DNA from: a virus
IMG/VR virus record: IMGVR_UViG_3300027963_000066
Coordinates: 11,996-75,995 of that record
Strand: one strand, 5' to 3'
Length of the DNA stretch: 64,000 bases
Made by a program: the position numbers and the translations under genes. Shown here one piece after another: positions 30,552 to 40,402 of the stretch (position 1 is the stretch's first letter; each line of letters begins with the position of its first letter). The notes under the pieces were generated by a model. The model was not told where the DNA came from. It made no database searches and saw only the letters and a program-made list of their open reading frames with translations.

Positions 30552-31615
30552 TTTAAGTACCAATCTAGGTTAGTTTTAAGTCTTTCGTTGTTGAGGTCCA
30601 TTTCTAATGCAATGGTTCCATATTCAACAGCTTTGTCTTTAAGTCCGAGATGCCATGATGACAGGGCGGCTAGGTCATAAGGGCGACTGCCCCATGCTTC
30701 TGGATCTACTGTATAGACCAATTCTTTTTCTGTAATTGACAGTGCCTGCATAGATGCATAGAAGCACTCATTCCAGAGATTTTTCATCATACAACTATTT
30801 GCAAGCCCAACCCAAGGTTCCCTAAGGTAGGGAGCTTCGAAGGTGGCCTTACGGAAAGCCATTAAGGCATCTAACCCCTTGCCTAACTCGTCGTAGCATT
30901 TTCCTTGTACCCGGCGAGCATAGGCTCTCTCATGTCCCCAGTCTACTCCTGGCATGGCCAGATACTTTTCACAAGCATCAACCGCTTGTTGCCATCGACC
31001 ATTAAAACTTAATTCTCGGGCATAATAGAATGCATTTCTCGAGTTGTGGGGATTATCTCGTACATCTGCTTCTAGTAGATCCAGATACTGCCCTCGGCTC
31101 TTGGTAGGATCAGGATGATGTACTACCATTAGCATATCAGTTTGTTCCCACTTATCTTGTACTCGGGGATCTGTGACAATTACTTCGTGACACATATTTT
31201 CCCAATGGAATCCCGACCTTGCATGGATTTTTTCGTAATAAAAAACTACACCTTCACCCCATTGATATTTGTAGCGAATTCGATTAGTTTCTCCATGCTT
31301 CCAGAGTCTTTCAATTTCTTCGCGCCATCCTGGCATCAATACTTCGTCTAGGTCGAGACTAATACAGATATCAAAATCTTTAGGAACTAGATGAAGAGAT
31401 GCGTTTCTTGCAGAATCAAATCTCCAAGGACTCACATAAATTTCATGCACCTGCATGCCGCATTGGCGAGCCAGTTCTACTGTGTTGTCTGTACTACCGG
31501 TATCTGCTAACAGCACAAGGTCTGCATCTTTGCAACTTTCGGCAAATCTTTCGACAAACATTGATTCATTTTTAGATATTGCATATACGCAAATTTTTAA
31601 TTTTTTATCTTCCAT
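30548..31615 (-). CDS. GT2 glycosyltransferase with TPR domain
   Basis: YAISKNE, DTGSTD, RFDSARN, SLDLDE followed by TPR-like helices. Confidence 0.88.
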   Translation of the reverse strand: MEDKKLKICVYAISKNESMFVERFAESCKDADLVLLADTGSTDNTVELARQCGMQVHEIYVSPWRFDSARNASLHLVPKDFDICISLDLDEVLMPGWREEIERLWKHGETNRIRYKYQWGEGVVFYYEKIHARSGFHWENMCHEVIVTDPRVQDKWEQTDMLMVVHHPDPTKSRGQYLDLLEADVRDNPHNSRNAFYYARELSFNGRWQQAVDACEKYLAMPGVDWGHERAYARRVQGKCYDELGKGLDALMAFRKATFEAPYLREPWVGLANSCMMKNLWNECFYASMQALSITEKELVYTVDPEAWGSRPYDLAALSSWHLGLKDKAVEYGTIALEMDLNNERLKTNLDWYLK

Positions 31616-31636
31616 GTTGTTATTTAAATTTTATTC

Positions 31637-31711
31637 TGGCCGGCCCTGCAGGAATTGAACCCACATCGCATGGTTCGAAGCCACGTATTCTATCCATTGA
31701 ACTAAGGGCCG
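31637..31711 (-). tRNA. tRNA-Arg(UCG)
   Basis: Cloverleaf, loop CTTCGAA, CCA; own TTGACT-17-TATAAT promoter at 31721-31749. Confidence 0.9.
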
Positions 31712-31747
31712 ATAACAATTATTATACGCTGTTAAAATAATTAAGTC

Positions 31748-31777
31748 AAAAAAATAGGACTCCGAAGAGTCCTATTT
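31748..31777 (-). terminator. Intrinsic terminator
   Basis: AAATAGGACTC-TTCG-GAGTCCTATTT followed by a T run. Confidence 0.88.
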
Positions 31778-31934
31778 AACAGGCTAGTTGTCTACTTTGA
31801 GTTTATATCGGTGTCAATATCGAAACACACCTATCTAGTTTGTCTTCAGCTATAACCTTCAAAGCCCATACAGGCTCCAGTTATAACCAACTCCCTAGCA
31901 TTCCTTTAATATTAAAGGTTGCTGAACCTAGCCT
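31778..31934 (-). ncRNA. CAGCAA-helix RNA copy 1
   Basis: AGGCTAG-GTTCAGCAA...CTAGCCT-GTT. Confidence 0.75.
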
Positions 31935-31945
31935 TATAACACTAT

Positions 31946-33337
31946 TTATAGAACGCTGTAGCGATCTACATCAACAGTGGCTAGCATGATACCGTATGGA
32001 GTCATGTCAGTACCACTTAGGATACCCTTCATAACTGCTGGACTAAACCCGCTAACCAACGCGGTACCGCGCTTGTCGAACTTAACAGGGACATTGTCCC
32101 GGCTGTTCAGGTTCCAGAATACAATGTTTGGAACTTCGTATCCTGCATCCTTGTACTTACGCTTGATCATTTGGTGAGCAGAGTCATCAAAACTTACGCA
32201 TTGATCAAACTGCATATCCGAAAGGATCAGCAAAGTCTTTGGCATGTCACTTGCGTTCACACCGCCCTTGACTGCGATGCGTAGGATTTCGTCAAACGCC
32301 GCATGTAGGTTAGTGTTCATGCCCCAGTCGCTAGAGTTCATTTGTGCCATCTTTTCAGATAGCGAACCCTTAACGACCTGTGCCTTTGGCTTAGCACTGA
32401 AAGTCAAGAATGTATCCTTGAATACACCTGTGTTCTTATCAGCACAGTACAGACCCAACGACAGGGCAATATCGATGCACATTAGGTTAGCGTTTCCGCC
32501 AACTGGGCATGACATCGAACCGCTAACGTCAACCAAAGGCATAACGCTGGCATCGCCAATGTAGTTTGGCAACGATGCCCATTGAGCATCTGCTACCACA
32601 CTGTCGCCACCATGACGCAAGGTCTTGATGACATCGTATGGGTAAACCGCACTAGCGTTTACCTTGTCAGTACCTGCAGTCAAACGAGCCTTGTAGGCAG
32701 TGTAAGACGCAGAAGCATTCTTGGCAAATGCCTTGTTGTAACGAGCACTGGCTAGACTTGGCAACTTACCGAATTCGATAGAATCCCAGTCCTTTGCACA
32801 CATCTTGCTTTCGACAACATTGGTCAACGCAACCAAACTCTTACGGTAGAACTTTGGAGTCATACCATAGAAGTTACGGATTTCAACCGCGATTGGGCCT
32901 TGACGAGGCATCCATTTGGCACACAGACCGTTGCGTTCACGCAGTGCATCACCGATTAGGGTATAGGCCATGTGTTTGAACTTTTCAGTCTTGAATACCA
33001 GCAAGTCGTCCCAACGGCCGAACTCGCTTACGAAAGGAAGAACTGCTTCCAGAGTTTCTGGATGCAACTTTTCCAGATGTACAAGTACATCACGGAACAG
33101 CTGACGTTCACCTGCGCCACCACGGACATCACGTGACCAGAACGCAATCTTCATTGCAAGGTCACTGTCTTCCTGGAAAGCCTTTTCGAAGTCTGCGGTC
33201 ACAGACTTACCACGGCTTGCACCAATCTTGTAGAACAAATCTACAAGGGCATTGCCCGAATGGGCCTTTGCCTTCATACCGTTTTCGGTACGAGCTACCT
33301 CTGGGGTAGACTTAACTGCTTCAGCGAAAGTGATCAT
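31946..33337 (-). CDS. DUF2828-like TROVE/vWA (Ro60-related) protein
   Basis: TENG, RDVRGGAGER, FGRWDDL, AKWMPR, MIDAS DVSGSM, ILSDMQFD, IVFWNL, LVSGFS. Confidence 0.85.
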   Translation of the reverse strand: MITFAEAVKSTPEVARTENGMKAKAHSGNALVDLFYKIGASRGKSVTADFEKAFQEDSDLAMKIAFWSRDVRGGAGERQLFRDVLVHLEKLHPETLEAVLPFVSEFGRWDDLLVFKTEKFKHMAYTLIGDALRERNGLCAKWMPRQGPIAVEIRNFYGMTPKFYRKSLVALTNVVESKMCAKDWDSIEFGKLPSLASARYNKAFAKNASASYTAYKARLTAGTDKVNASAVYPYDVIKTLRHGGDSVVADAQWASLPNYIGDASVMPLVDVSGSMSCPVGGNANLMCIDIALSLGLYCADKNTGVFKDTFLTFSAKPKAQVVKGSLSEKMAQMNSSDWGMNTNLHAAFDEILRIAVKGGVNASDMPKTLLILSDMQFDQCVSFDDSAHQMIKRKYKDAGYEVPNIVFWNLNSRDNVPVKFDKRGTALVSGFSPAVMKGILSGTDMTPYGIMLATVDVDRYSVL

Positions 33338-33360
33338 TTCGTTCTCCTTTCTTTAAAATG

Positions 33361-33413
33361 ACAGGATGCTTTTTTTACTATAAGAAAAGTATAAAAATTG
33401 CTGTAAGCATCCT
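33361..33413 (-). ncRNA. CAGCAA-helix RNA copy 2 (5' leader of the TROVE/vWA gene)
   Basis: AGGATGCTT-ACAGCAA...AAGCATCCT-GT. Confidence 0.75.
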
Positions 33414-33442
33414 AAAAACTTTTTGTTTCTTTCTAAGCATTA

Positions 33443-33471
33443 ATTATAGCGTATAAGTCATTGTTTGTCAA
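33443..33471 (-). promoter_or_regulatory. Consensus sigma70 promoter
   Basis: TTGACA-17 nt-TATAAT. Confidence 0.85.
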
Positions 33472-33488
33472 CAACTTTATTAGCCAAA

Positions 33489-34094
33489 TTACATTGTAGG
33501 ACCGTTCCCGGACTTAAAACCTACACTACCACCCTCTGCTTCAATGCGAGCAATAACATCTTCAAACAAGATAGGAGCAAAGTCTGGAAGTTGTTCTACG
33601 CAAACGCAGTGGTATCTAACATCAATCTCATCGCTGTACAAGACTTCTCCAGTACGGGCATCGACACCTCTCGCCTTCATAACTCTGTTGGCGTGTAAGT
33701 GTCCGTGTATATTACAACCAAACCTGCCAAGGCTTGCTTCGTGAACAGGAATATGACTTAAAATAAGTCCATTCATGACATGATACGCTCGTAATTCACG
33801 GAAGTACTGCCTGTACTCGTCATCACGGAAAATGTCGTGGTTACCACGGATCAAAACCTTGTCACCGTTTAATCGGGCCAATGTCTTTAATGCCTTTCGA
33901 TTAATAACCACATCGCCCAAATGATATATTTTATCTGTAGGCTTAACACGGTCGTTCCAAGCCTTGACCATTGCTTCGTCCATCTCATCTGCGTCATCCC
34001 ATGGCCTTAACTTTGTAACACCATCGTTACGTGTGAAGCGGCATACACCTGTGTGACCAAAGTGTGTGTCGCTGACTAAAAATACACTAGGCAT
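33489..34094 (-). CDS. Calcineurin-like metallophosphoesterase
   Basis: SDTHFGH, HLGDV, RGNHD, SHIP, IHGHLH. Confidence 0.92.
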   Translation of the reverse strand: MPSVFLVSDTHFGHTGVCRFTRNDGVTKLRPWDDADEMDEAMVKAWNDRVKPTDKIYHLGDVVINRKALKTLARLNGDKVLIRGNHDIFRDDEYRQYFRELRAYHVMNGLILSHIPVHEASLGRFGCNIHGHLHANRVMKARGVDARTGEVLYSDEIDVRYHCVCVEQLPDFAPILFEDVIARIEAEGGSVGFKSGNGPTM

Positions 34095-34104
34095 ATTCGC
34101 CCCC

Positions 34105-35130
34105 TTAAATAATGTTAACTAACGATTTTACCCACCACAAGTTTTTATCCAATGTGACCTTTGTCTTAGCTTCTATAATTATAGCATCTTTAACAATTTC
34201 TGGATAATAATTTTTATCAAAAATAATTTCTTTGGCTCTTGCTTGATTACGTATTATTTTGTCTTTAACTTTGTCATTTAGCATCTTAAGCTCACCGATG
34301 GGTGTTTGGCATAGATTCTTAAAATTTTCAATGATCATACCAAACCTTTTTTCCATATCTGGCTCTTGATCAAAACTGTAGTCAAATATTTCGTCGTATA
34401 ATTCAAACCCTAGATCTTGAATATGTCTAAAGAATCCGTGTCCAGACGCAGTTAAAAATGGTTTACCCACTAATAATGCCGTGGCAGTTTTTTCTGTTAT
34501 AAAAATATCTTTGTGAACACTTTCACTGATCAGTTGCGCAAATGATTCATGATACTGAGCGGGAATTAAGTGCTGATCAGTGTGACCAGCAAATCCATCA
34601 AGATCTAAAATTTGAGGAACAAAATATTTAAAATCATATGCAGGGTTTGGTTGTGACCACGAAACGTTGGCAAACTGTAGTAGATCATGTTTAGCAACCT
34701 GATCGATCAGATAACATCTATGCCAATGAGGTTTATGATTAAGATAAACAAAATGTTTTTTAAATTCTAAATCCGTTTTTATTTCTAATCTAGTTTTCTT
34801 TCGAATGACCAATTCGAAATATGTTTTCTTCAACCAACAAGTTGGCCAGAAATGTATTTCTACATTAGGGTGCGGCGGAGGAGCATCAACACTTGCTATT
34901 CCTGAAGTGATAACAAATAGTTTTTTGTTACTTTCAGTAAGAGCCGTTACAAGCCTATCCCAGTATTTAAAATCTTCATTGACCAATGACCAATATTGAT
35001 ATTCGTTGTGAGCAAATAAAATTACAGCATCCTTATCAGTAGTTCGGATACGATCCGGAATGGTAAGTTTAAAATCATCGGAATCCCATATATCAAAACA
35101 CAGGTATTTTAATTCTTGTGATAAAATCAT
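34105..35130 (-). CDS. Hypothetical protein (possible glycosyltransferase-like)
   Basis: LISES...FITEKT...GKPF...DYSFD. Confidence 0.6.
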   Translation of the reverse strand: MILSQELKYLCFDIWDSDDFKLTIPDRIRTTDKDAVILFAHNEYQYWSLVNEDFKYWDRLVTALTESNKKLFVITSGIASVDAPPPHPNVEIHFWPTCWLKKTYFELVIRKKTRLEIKTDLEFKKHFVYLNHKPHWHRCYLIDQVAKHDLLQFANVSWSQPNPAYDFKYFVPQILDLDGFAGHTDQHLIPAQYHESFAQLISESVHKDIFITEKTATALLVGKPFLTASGHGFFRHIQDLGFELYDEIFDYSFDQEPDMEKRFGMIIENFKNLCQTPIGELKMLNDKVKDKIIRNQARAKEIIFDKNYYPEIVKDAIIIEAKTKVTLDKNLWWVKSLVNII

Positions 35131-35150
35131 AATGATGCTATATCCTATTT

Positions 35151-35615
35151 TTATACTGCATACCAAATTTCCTTAAACCCTTCTTCTTCTGAAGGCATTT
35201 CAAAACTTGCCAGCATTCCTTCTATTACAGCATCCGGAATGTCTTTCCCAGGACGGCCGTCCAATCGACGCTTTAATTCAAGCCTTGACGGTGTTTCAAA
35301 TACCACAGCAATATGATCGTAGCCGGGCAACATGTTAAATTTACGCAGACGACTTGTTACGGTAGTACTAGTTTGATCCCAAATAATGTCTCGACCCGCT
35401 TCTCGAGCTTTAACAACATCGCCTGCCATTAGATTAACACATTCTGGCATGACCTCAGTAAAAACTTCACTGTAGGTTTTGCCCATATCTTTGGCAAATT
35501 TTTCAACATAGACATCGGTGCTGATATAGGCACAGTCGCCTGCCCAATCTTGATTAGCTACCCAGGTACTTTTACCAGAACCAGGCACTCCGACCAATTG
35601 ATAACATTTAGGCAT
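35151..35615 (-). CDS. Polynucleotide kinase-like P-loop kinase (AAA_33)
   Basis: GVPGSGKST, ISTD, IIWDQT, P..EEGF. Confidence 0.85.
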   Translation of the reverse strand: MPKCYQLVGVPGSGKSTWVANQDWAGDCAYISTDVYVEKFAKDMGKTYSEVFTEVMPECVNLMAGDVVKAREAGRDIIWDQTSTTVTSRLRKFNMLPGYDHIAVVFETPSRLELKRRLDGRPGKDIPDAVIEGMLASFEMPSEEEGFKEIWYAV

Positions 35616-35782
35616 TAATGTACCGCTTCCTTAACATTGACTTCGCACTCGATTACCCAATTGTTAAATTCGGTAAACTTGTTTACTTCTACTCCAAGTC
35701 CGACTGCTTCGTTTACAAAATGCTGTAAGAGTACATTGTACAATGCATCGGGCATTGTGTCTTTATCAAATTTAATTTTCAT
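35615..35782 (-). CDS. Small hypothetical protein (55 aa)
   Basis: Hand translation MKIKFDKDTMPDALYN...; coupled to both neighbours. Confidence 0.6.
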   Translation of the reverse strand: MKIKFDKDTMPDALYNVLLQHFVNEAVGLGVEVNKFTEFNNWVIECEVNVKEAVH

Positions 35783-36072
35783 TCTTCAACTCCAAAATGT
35801 TTTAAGATATTCTGCTCACAATGAACAGGTATGTACGTTACTGAATCTTGAACCCAATGTCGTTCTGGAGTATGCGGTAGAGTTTTAGCAACCAAAGCAC
35901 ATTCTCTCACAATCAACTCGGCGAACTTTTCGTTAAACTGTGTATGCCAACCCACGTGGCCATCTTCCCAAATCTTGCCAGGAGTCTTGCTTCTAACAGG
36001 TCCAGTATATGTTTCATTCACATAGTCACCAGCCTGTAGAGCAAGTTGTTTAATTCGTTCGTTCATTACCAA
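35779..36072 (-). CDS. Hypothetical protein
   Basis: MNERIKQLA...EKFAELIVRECA...HFGVEE. Confidence 0.7.
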   Translation of the reverse strand: MVMNERIKQLALQAGDYVNETYTGPVRSKTPGKIWEDGHVGWHTQFNEKFAELIVRECALVAKTLPHTPERHWVQDSVTYIPVHCEQNILKHFGVEE

Positions 36073-36257
36073 TTCTCCACACCAGAAATTTCAGTTTTAA
36101 ACTCGCCATCTAGTCCGTTAATGTTAGTATGTACAACTAAACTAGTAACACTACCAATTCCGCTAGAATTATCTTGCAGTAATTCGAAGCTAGTGGCATC
36201 TGGAAATTTGTCCATAGTCTCTAAAATTTTAACAACTTCTTCTCTACATAAAAACAT
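36066..36257 (-). CDS. Hypothetical protein
   Basis: ORF track. Confidence 0.65.
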   Translation of the reverse strand: MFLCREEVVKILETMDKFPDATSFELLQDNSSGIGSVTSLVVHTNINGLDGEFKTEISGVENW

Positions 36258-36820
36258 TATACATCTCCTTCTAATTTCCTACGCTCCCTGCGTTCCGCGG
36301 CCAACGTAAAAACCTTTTCGTTGTCATTAGTCCAATCAATTGCTTTTGCAGGCACAATCAAACCAGAGTCGAGCGTCACACCGTTGATGGTGTGAGGCTC
36401 GTTCTCATCATAGGTCCAACCCAAATGCCGCATCATACGATGCTTGACGCACAGATTAGGACTACGGAATACTTCGGTATCATCGAATCCCATCATGACG
36501 CCGACTTCGCAAACTGCACCACTACGGCATACACCTGCTACACAATGAACGATAACGTTCATGTGATTGTCTAGTGCATGTTGTAACAACTGTGCCAACT
36601 TGGCCGCCTGCTCATGACTACACCGCATTTCTTCGTCTAAGCATTCGTCTTTTTCTTCAATGTCCAAAAATTGGAATTGATGTACTTCTTTGAATTTGTA
36701 CAGAGGTGTTGGAAAATCACCAGGAGGATCCACAATTTGGATCAGCATGGCATTCTCGCCCGGGTTGATGTGGAACCCTTTTTTGATGTCACTCAGTGCA
36801 ACGTTTTGAATCCATGGCAT
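36257..36820 (-). CDS. Cys-dependent (PTP/DSP-like) phosphatase
   Basis: VHCVAGVCRS (CX5R). Confidence 0.85.
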   Translation of the reverse strand: MPWIQNVALSDIKKGFHINPGENAMLIQIVDPPGDFPTPLYKFKEVHQFQFLDIEEKDECLDEEMRCSHEQAAKLAQLLQHALDNHMNVIVHCVAGVCRSGAVCEVGVMMGFDDTEVFRSPNLCVKHRMMRHLGWTYDENEPHTINGVTLDSGLIVPAKAIDWTNDNEKVFTLAAERRERRKLEGDV

Positions 36821-36840
36821 ATCTTTTCTCCTTATGCACT

Positions 36841-36869
36841 ATTATACTAGGTTTTTTACCAGAAGTCAA
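36841..36869 (-). promoter_or_regulatory. sigma70 promoter
   Basis: TTGACT-17 nt-TATAAT. Confidence 0.75.
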
Positions 36870-37459
36870 CTAATTAGACTGTTGTTTCTAAACAAAAAAT
36901 TGTTTCTAGCTGTTTGATATTGTTCAACATCTAGTTCCCAAACAGTTTGATCGGTATAAAAAAGTTTTACCTTTTCCTCTAGGCATTTTACAATGCCCTG
37001 TCGTTCTAACAATTTAAACGTCCTATGGCTCTTATTCATACTGGGAATGTCTGGGTTATCCCAATTAGTTGTTACTACAAATTTAGTATACCCTACTTCT
37101 TTTGCCCAATCGATTTCTTTTGGTACATGATGTAAGAACGTTATGCTGTTCATGTGTGTTTTGGAAACCACATTTAAAAAGTTTTGATATTCTGGTATAG
37201 TGGCACCTCTAAATAATATCCTATAAACTTTTTCTCCAATTTCTGGCAATGGGTGGCATCCACTTACGGAAACAACTTGATCGTCGGCATAGGTTAAGAA
37301 AAATTGGCCACCTAGATCTAAACACCAATCTAATTTTAGTGCCTCGGCGCTGGCATTGTTTTTAAAGCCATGGGATGAGCATTTTTTAAAATATTGTTCA
37401 AGATCACACCGCAGTTGATCTCTATACTTAACAGTGGTTAGCCTTTCTGTGGGTTCCAT
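36866..37459 (-). CDS. GNAT-like acyltransferase (putative)
   Basis: VVSVSG...YRILFR.AT.PEYQ pattern. Confidence 0.5.
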   Translation of the reverse strand: MEPTERLTTVKYRDQLRCDLEQYFKKCSSHGFKNNASAEALKLDWCLDLGGQFFLTYADDQVVSVSGCHPLPEIGEKVYRILFRGATIPEYQNFLNVVSKTHMNSITFLHHVPKEIDWAKEVGYTKFVVTTNWDNPDIPSMNKSHRTFKLLERQGIVKCLEEKVKLFYTDQTVWELDVEQYQTARNNFLFRNNSLIS

Positions 37460-38175
37460 AGATCTACCTCTTTATTGGTTCGTCCAACATAATATAAAAT
37501 ATCGTTTTGTACAACAACTTGATCCTGGGTAGGGTACCATCCTTCATAAATGCAGATGTCTCCCTTGACCAGTAATTCATCATTGACTATCTTGTAGTGG
37601 CAATGTTTGTTTCTTCCCATGATAGTAGTATCGGCAGGTGCAGATTCTTTTAGATAATATACTTCATCAAGATCTTCAAATGTAATATTAATAGCAATAG
37701 GGCCTACTTCACTCATGCCCCAATTGACCATAAATTTTGCTCCCTTGGCAACAAATGCTTCTATGATATCCCAGGTCACCGGATCAGCACCGCAGGTAAT
37801 AAAAATTCCACTGAGGTCTAACTCTTGAAACCCCTTGGTTAACATAATAGCCTTGGCATGTTTGGGGGTAATGTGAGTGTGCGTGTAATTTTTAATGTCA
37901 CGTACAAAATCATATGCTGAAAAATTTACAACATCGACATGTGCTCCTACGGCCAATGCAGGCAAAGTCTGTGCCAATAGTCCACCAGCATGGGTAGTTT
38001 TGCAACAGGTATAAACTCTACTCTTTGGCCGTATGCCTTGCGCCACAGCCGCCACACGACTGCTAATGGCCAATTTGTCAGGGTTTTGAAAATAAGGTTT
38101 TGGCTCTCCGCTGGTACCACTACTATAAATGGTAATACCTTTTTCGAGAATATCTTTAAAATTAATCTGCATCAT
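37438..38175 (-). CDS. Truncated AMP-binding (adenylate-forming) enzyme
   Basis: YSSGTSGEPK, WGMSEVGP, YYVGR. Confidence 0.8.
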   Translation of the reverse strand: MMQINFKDILEKGITIYSSGTSGEPKPYFQNPDKLAISSRVAAVAQGIRPKSRVYTCCKTTHAGGLLAQTLPALAVGAHVDVVNFSAYDFVRDIKNYTHTHITPKHAKAIMLTKGFQELDLSGIFITCGADPVTWDIIEAFVAKGAKFMVNWGMSEVGPIAINITFEDLDEVYYLKESAPADTTIMGRNKHCHYKIVNDELLVKGDICIYEGWYPTQDQVVVQNDILYYVGRTNKEVDLWNPQKG

Positions 38176-38213
38176 ATAATTATAACATCTTTAAATTGGT
38201 CAATAAATACCCC

Positions 38214-38996
38214 ATGCCACAATATTTTGACTCAAATCGTTACCTTTTCATACTGGCCAACGAGGGTGCCGGAGGCCATAGGTTAGGTAGGATCATCAGC
38301 TGTCTTGACAATGTACATTGGTACTCGGATCCGGCAAACGGCCTGAATCCTTGGGATGTGTTTAACACCGACGGGGTGGCAGGGAAGAATATAAGCCCTT
38401 ACCATTATGATCGACTAGTTGACGGAAAGCATGTTCCATTATTAGGAGAACGCATTGAAAAATGGTGGGACGCATCTGACATTAGCCAATTCTATAATCA
38501 CACTTGGGCTAAGATAATTGCCCAGGAAAATTTTCAAACAATTTTAGAAACCAAATATCTGCATTGGATCCTGCATGATACTCCCGAGGTGTTGCATCGC
38601 AGATTTACACAGGCTAAATTTATTGCACTAATAGATGACGATATTGAATCAGTTGTTGATAGGTACATGGAAACCACTGCAAAATTTCCTGTTGATTTAA
38701 AATTGCCCGATGTAAGGCCTCAGTATCTCAATCGTCATGCCAAGTTAATCAAAGCATTGACCACATTGTATAAAAAACCTACAGAACAAGATCTGTGGAA
38801 AATTTACAATCAAAACTCTAAAGACACCTATCGAACTGCTATTGAAAAACGGCTGACTGCTAATAATAAACTTAGGGCCGAGTATAATTCAGACAGATAC
38901 TTAAAGGTGTCTTGGAATTCTTTTGATGCTGACCAAATCTTTAAATTCTTAGATTCAGATGACCTAGACAGTCACTGGATTAATTTAATGAAATAG
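38214..38996 (+). CDS. Hypothetical protein (sulfotransferase-like P-loop)
   Basis: EGAGGHRL; TAAATA just upstream of ATG 38214. Confidence 0.6.
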   Translation: MPQYFDSNRYLFILANEGAGGHRLGRIISCLDNVHWYSDPANGLNPWDVFNTDGVAGKNISPYHYDRLVDGKHVPLLGERIEKWWDASDISQFYNHTWAKIIAQENFQTILETKYLHWILHDTPEVLHRRFTQAKFIALIDDDIESVVDRYMETTAKFPVDLKLPDVRPQYLNRHAKLIKALTTLYKKPTEQDLWKIYNQNSKDTYRTAIEKRLTANNKLRAEYNSDRYLKVSWNSFDADQIFKFLDSDDLDSHWINLMK

Positions 38997-39341
38997 ATTC
39001 TTAAAAATAAAATAGTCGCAGATAAAGGTTAACTCTGCACCTAAGAATACTGCAACCCAATAGTTGCCAATCCACGCCCATAGTTTGCGTATCACCCACC
39101 AAGCCGCCAACACACGCAGGGTATATAATGCATCGTGCTGTAGATAATCTAACACATCAGGCAATGCTGTTGCATTGAAATAATATCCGAAGACAAAAGT
39201 ATCGTAGGCATAACTAGCCTGAGCCATAATAAAAACTGCCGCAAAAAACGGCAGGAATTTGTTTAAGAATTTAACTATAAGCCCACTGACTATGAGCCTG
39301 TAGCTAACATATATAATATTGGCAATTAGTAATTCAAACAA
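38985..39341 (-). CDS. Membrane protein
   Basis: Several hydrophobic helices. Confidence 0.7.
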   Translation of the reverse strand: MFELLIANIIYVSYRLIVSGLIVKFLNKFLPFFAAVFIMAQASYAYDTFVFGYYFNATALPDVLDYLQHDALYTLRVLAAWWVIRKLWAWIGNYWVAVFLGAELTFICDYFIFKNLFH

Positions 39342-39343
39342 TT

Positions 39344-40309
39344 TTATTCAGGCTTGATTTTTCTAGCAAATGGTTGCCATTGTTCACGTAGTCTGTGCAT
39401 GGCCGCCCGAACACCTTCTGGAGTCTGTTCTTTAGGACTAATGAATATAAATTGTTCATCATATCGTTCTTTTGTTTCTTTTGAATTAAGTACAGGAATA
39501 AAATTCTTATGATACCAATCCTGTACGTCTTCTGGGGTATTCTTTGGTAGTATTAAATTCCAGCAAGCATAAACATTTAGTCCAGGAACGTAATCTTTCA
39601 TTAGTTTGGCGTTTTCTAACCCTGGCATAGGTTGTTCCCCTGCAAGTGCAATTAATTTGATCTTTCCTGATTTGACCATCTGGGCTCCCACTGCAATAGG
39701 AAATACTCCAAATTCAACCTGTCCCGCCAATACATCAGTCATGGCCTGCGCAGGCCCTTTATACATCACAGTTTCAACAGTATCTTTGCTAGGTTTAATT
39801 TTTGTAACCATGTATTCGACTGCTAATTTATGTCCAGATCCTCCAACAGCAAAATTAATAGGACGATTACCTGCTTTAATTTCGGCAATTAATTTTTCTG
39901 GAGTATCAATATCTGATCCTAACTTGGCATAAAATCCTAATGGGCTTTTACCCATATTTGTAACAGGCGTAAAATCCATAGCATTAAATTTTACATAAGT
40001 TGGATACCAAATTTCTGCGGTAACGTATGTGCTTTGACATGCGGGGATACCAATGTGATACCCGTCATTTTTTAGGGTATTAAGATGATTCATTGCAATG
40101 GTATCGCCTGCACCTGGTTTATAATCAAATACAAATTTGACTTTTGCTTTTTCTTCCACCTGTTTAGCTAAAATTCTAAATGCAATTTCGTTGCCTGCAC
40201 CCGGTGCGTTAGGAACAACAACGGTAATAGGTGCTGTCGGCTCCCAGGCATGTGCAAATATTGTGCTAGCAGATAATAAAATTGCTGTTAAAAATTTTTT
40301 CATGTTCAT
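39344..40309 (-). CDS. Bug/TctC tripartite tricarboxylate transporter substrate-binding protein
   Basis: Signal peptide, ITVVVP.APG, KPGAG, DGY, YKG..QAMTDVLAGQV. Confidence 0.9.
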   Translation of the reverse strand: MNMKKFLTAILLSASTIFAHAWEPTAPITVVVPNAPGAGNEIAFRILAKQVEEKAKVKFVFDYKPGAGDTIAMNHLNTLKNDGYHIGIPACQSTYVTAEIWYPTYVKFNAMDFTPVTNMGKSPLGFYAKLGSDIDTPEKLIAEIKAGNRPINFAVGGSGHKLAVEYMVTKIKPSKDTVETVMYKGPAQAMTDVLAGQVEFGVFPIAVGAQMVKSGKIKLIALAGEQPMPGLENAKLMKDYVPGLNVYACWNLILPKNTPEDVQDWYHKNFIPVLNSKETKERYDEQFIFISPKEQTPEGVRAAMHRLREQWQPFARKIKPE

Positions 40310-40402
40310 GTAATCTCCTTAAATATATTTAATAAAAAATTGAAAACCAAATAAATTTTTGGTGTATCATTAAAAATATTTATCAAAAAAGGAAAAAATA
40401 CA

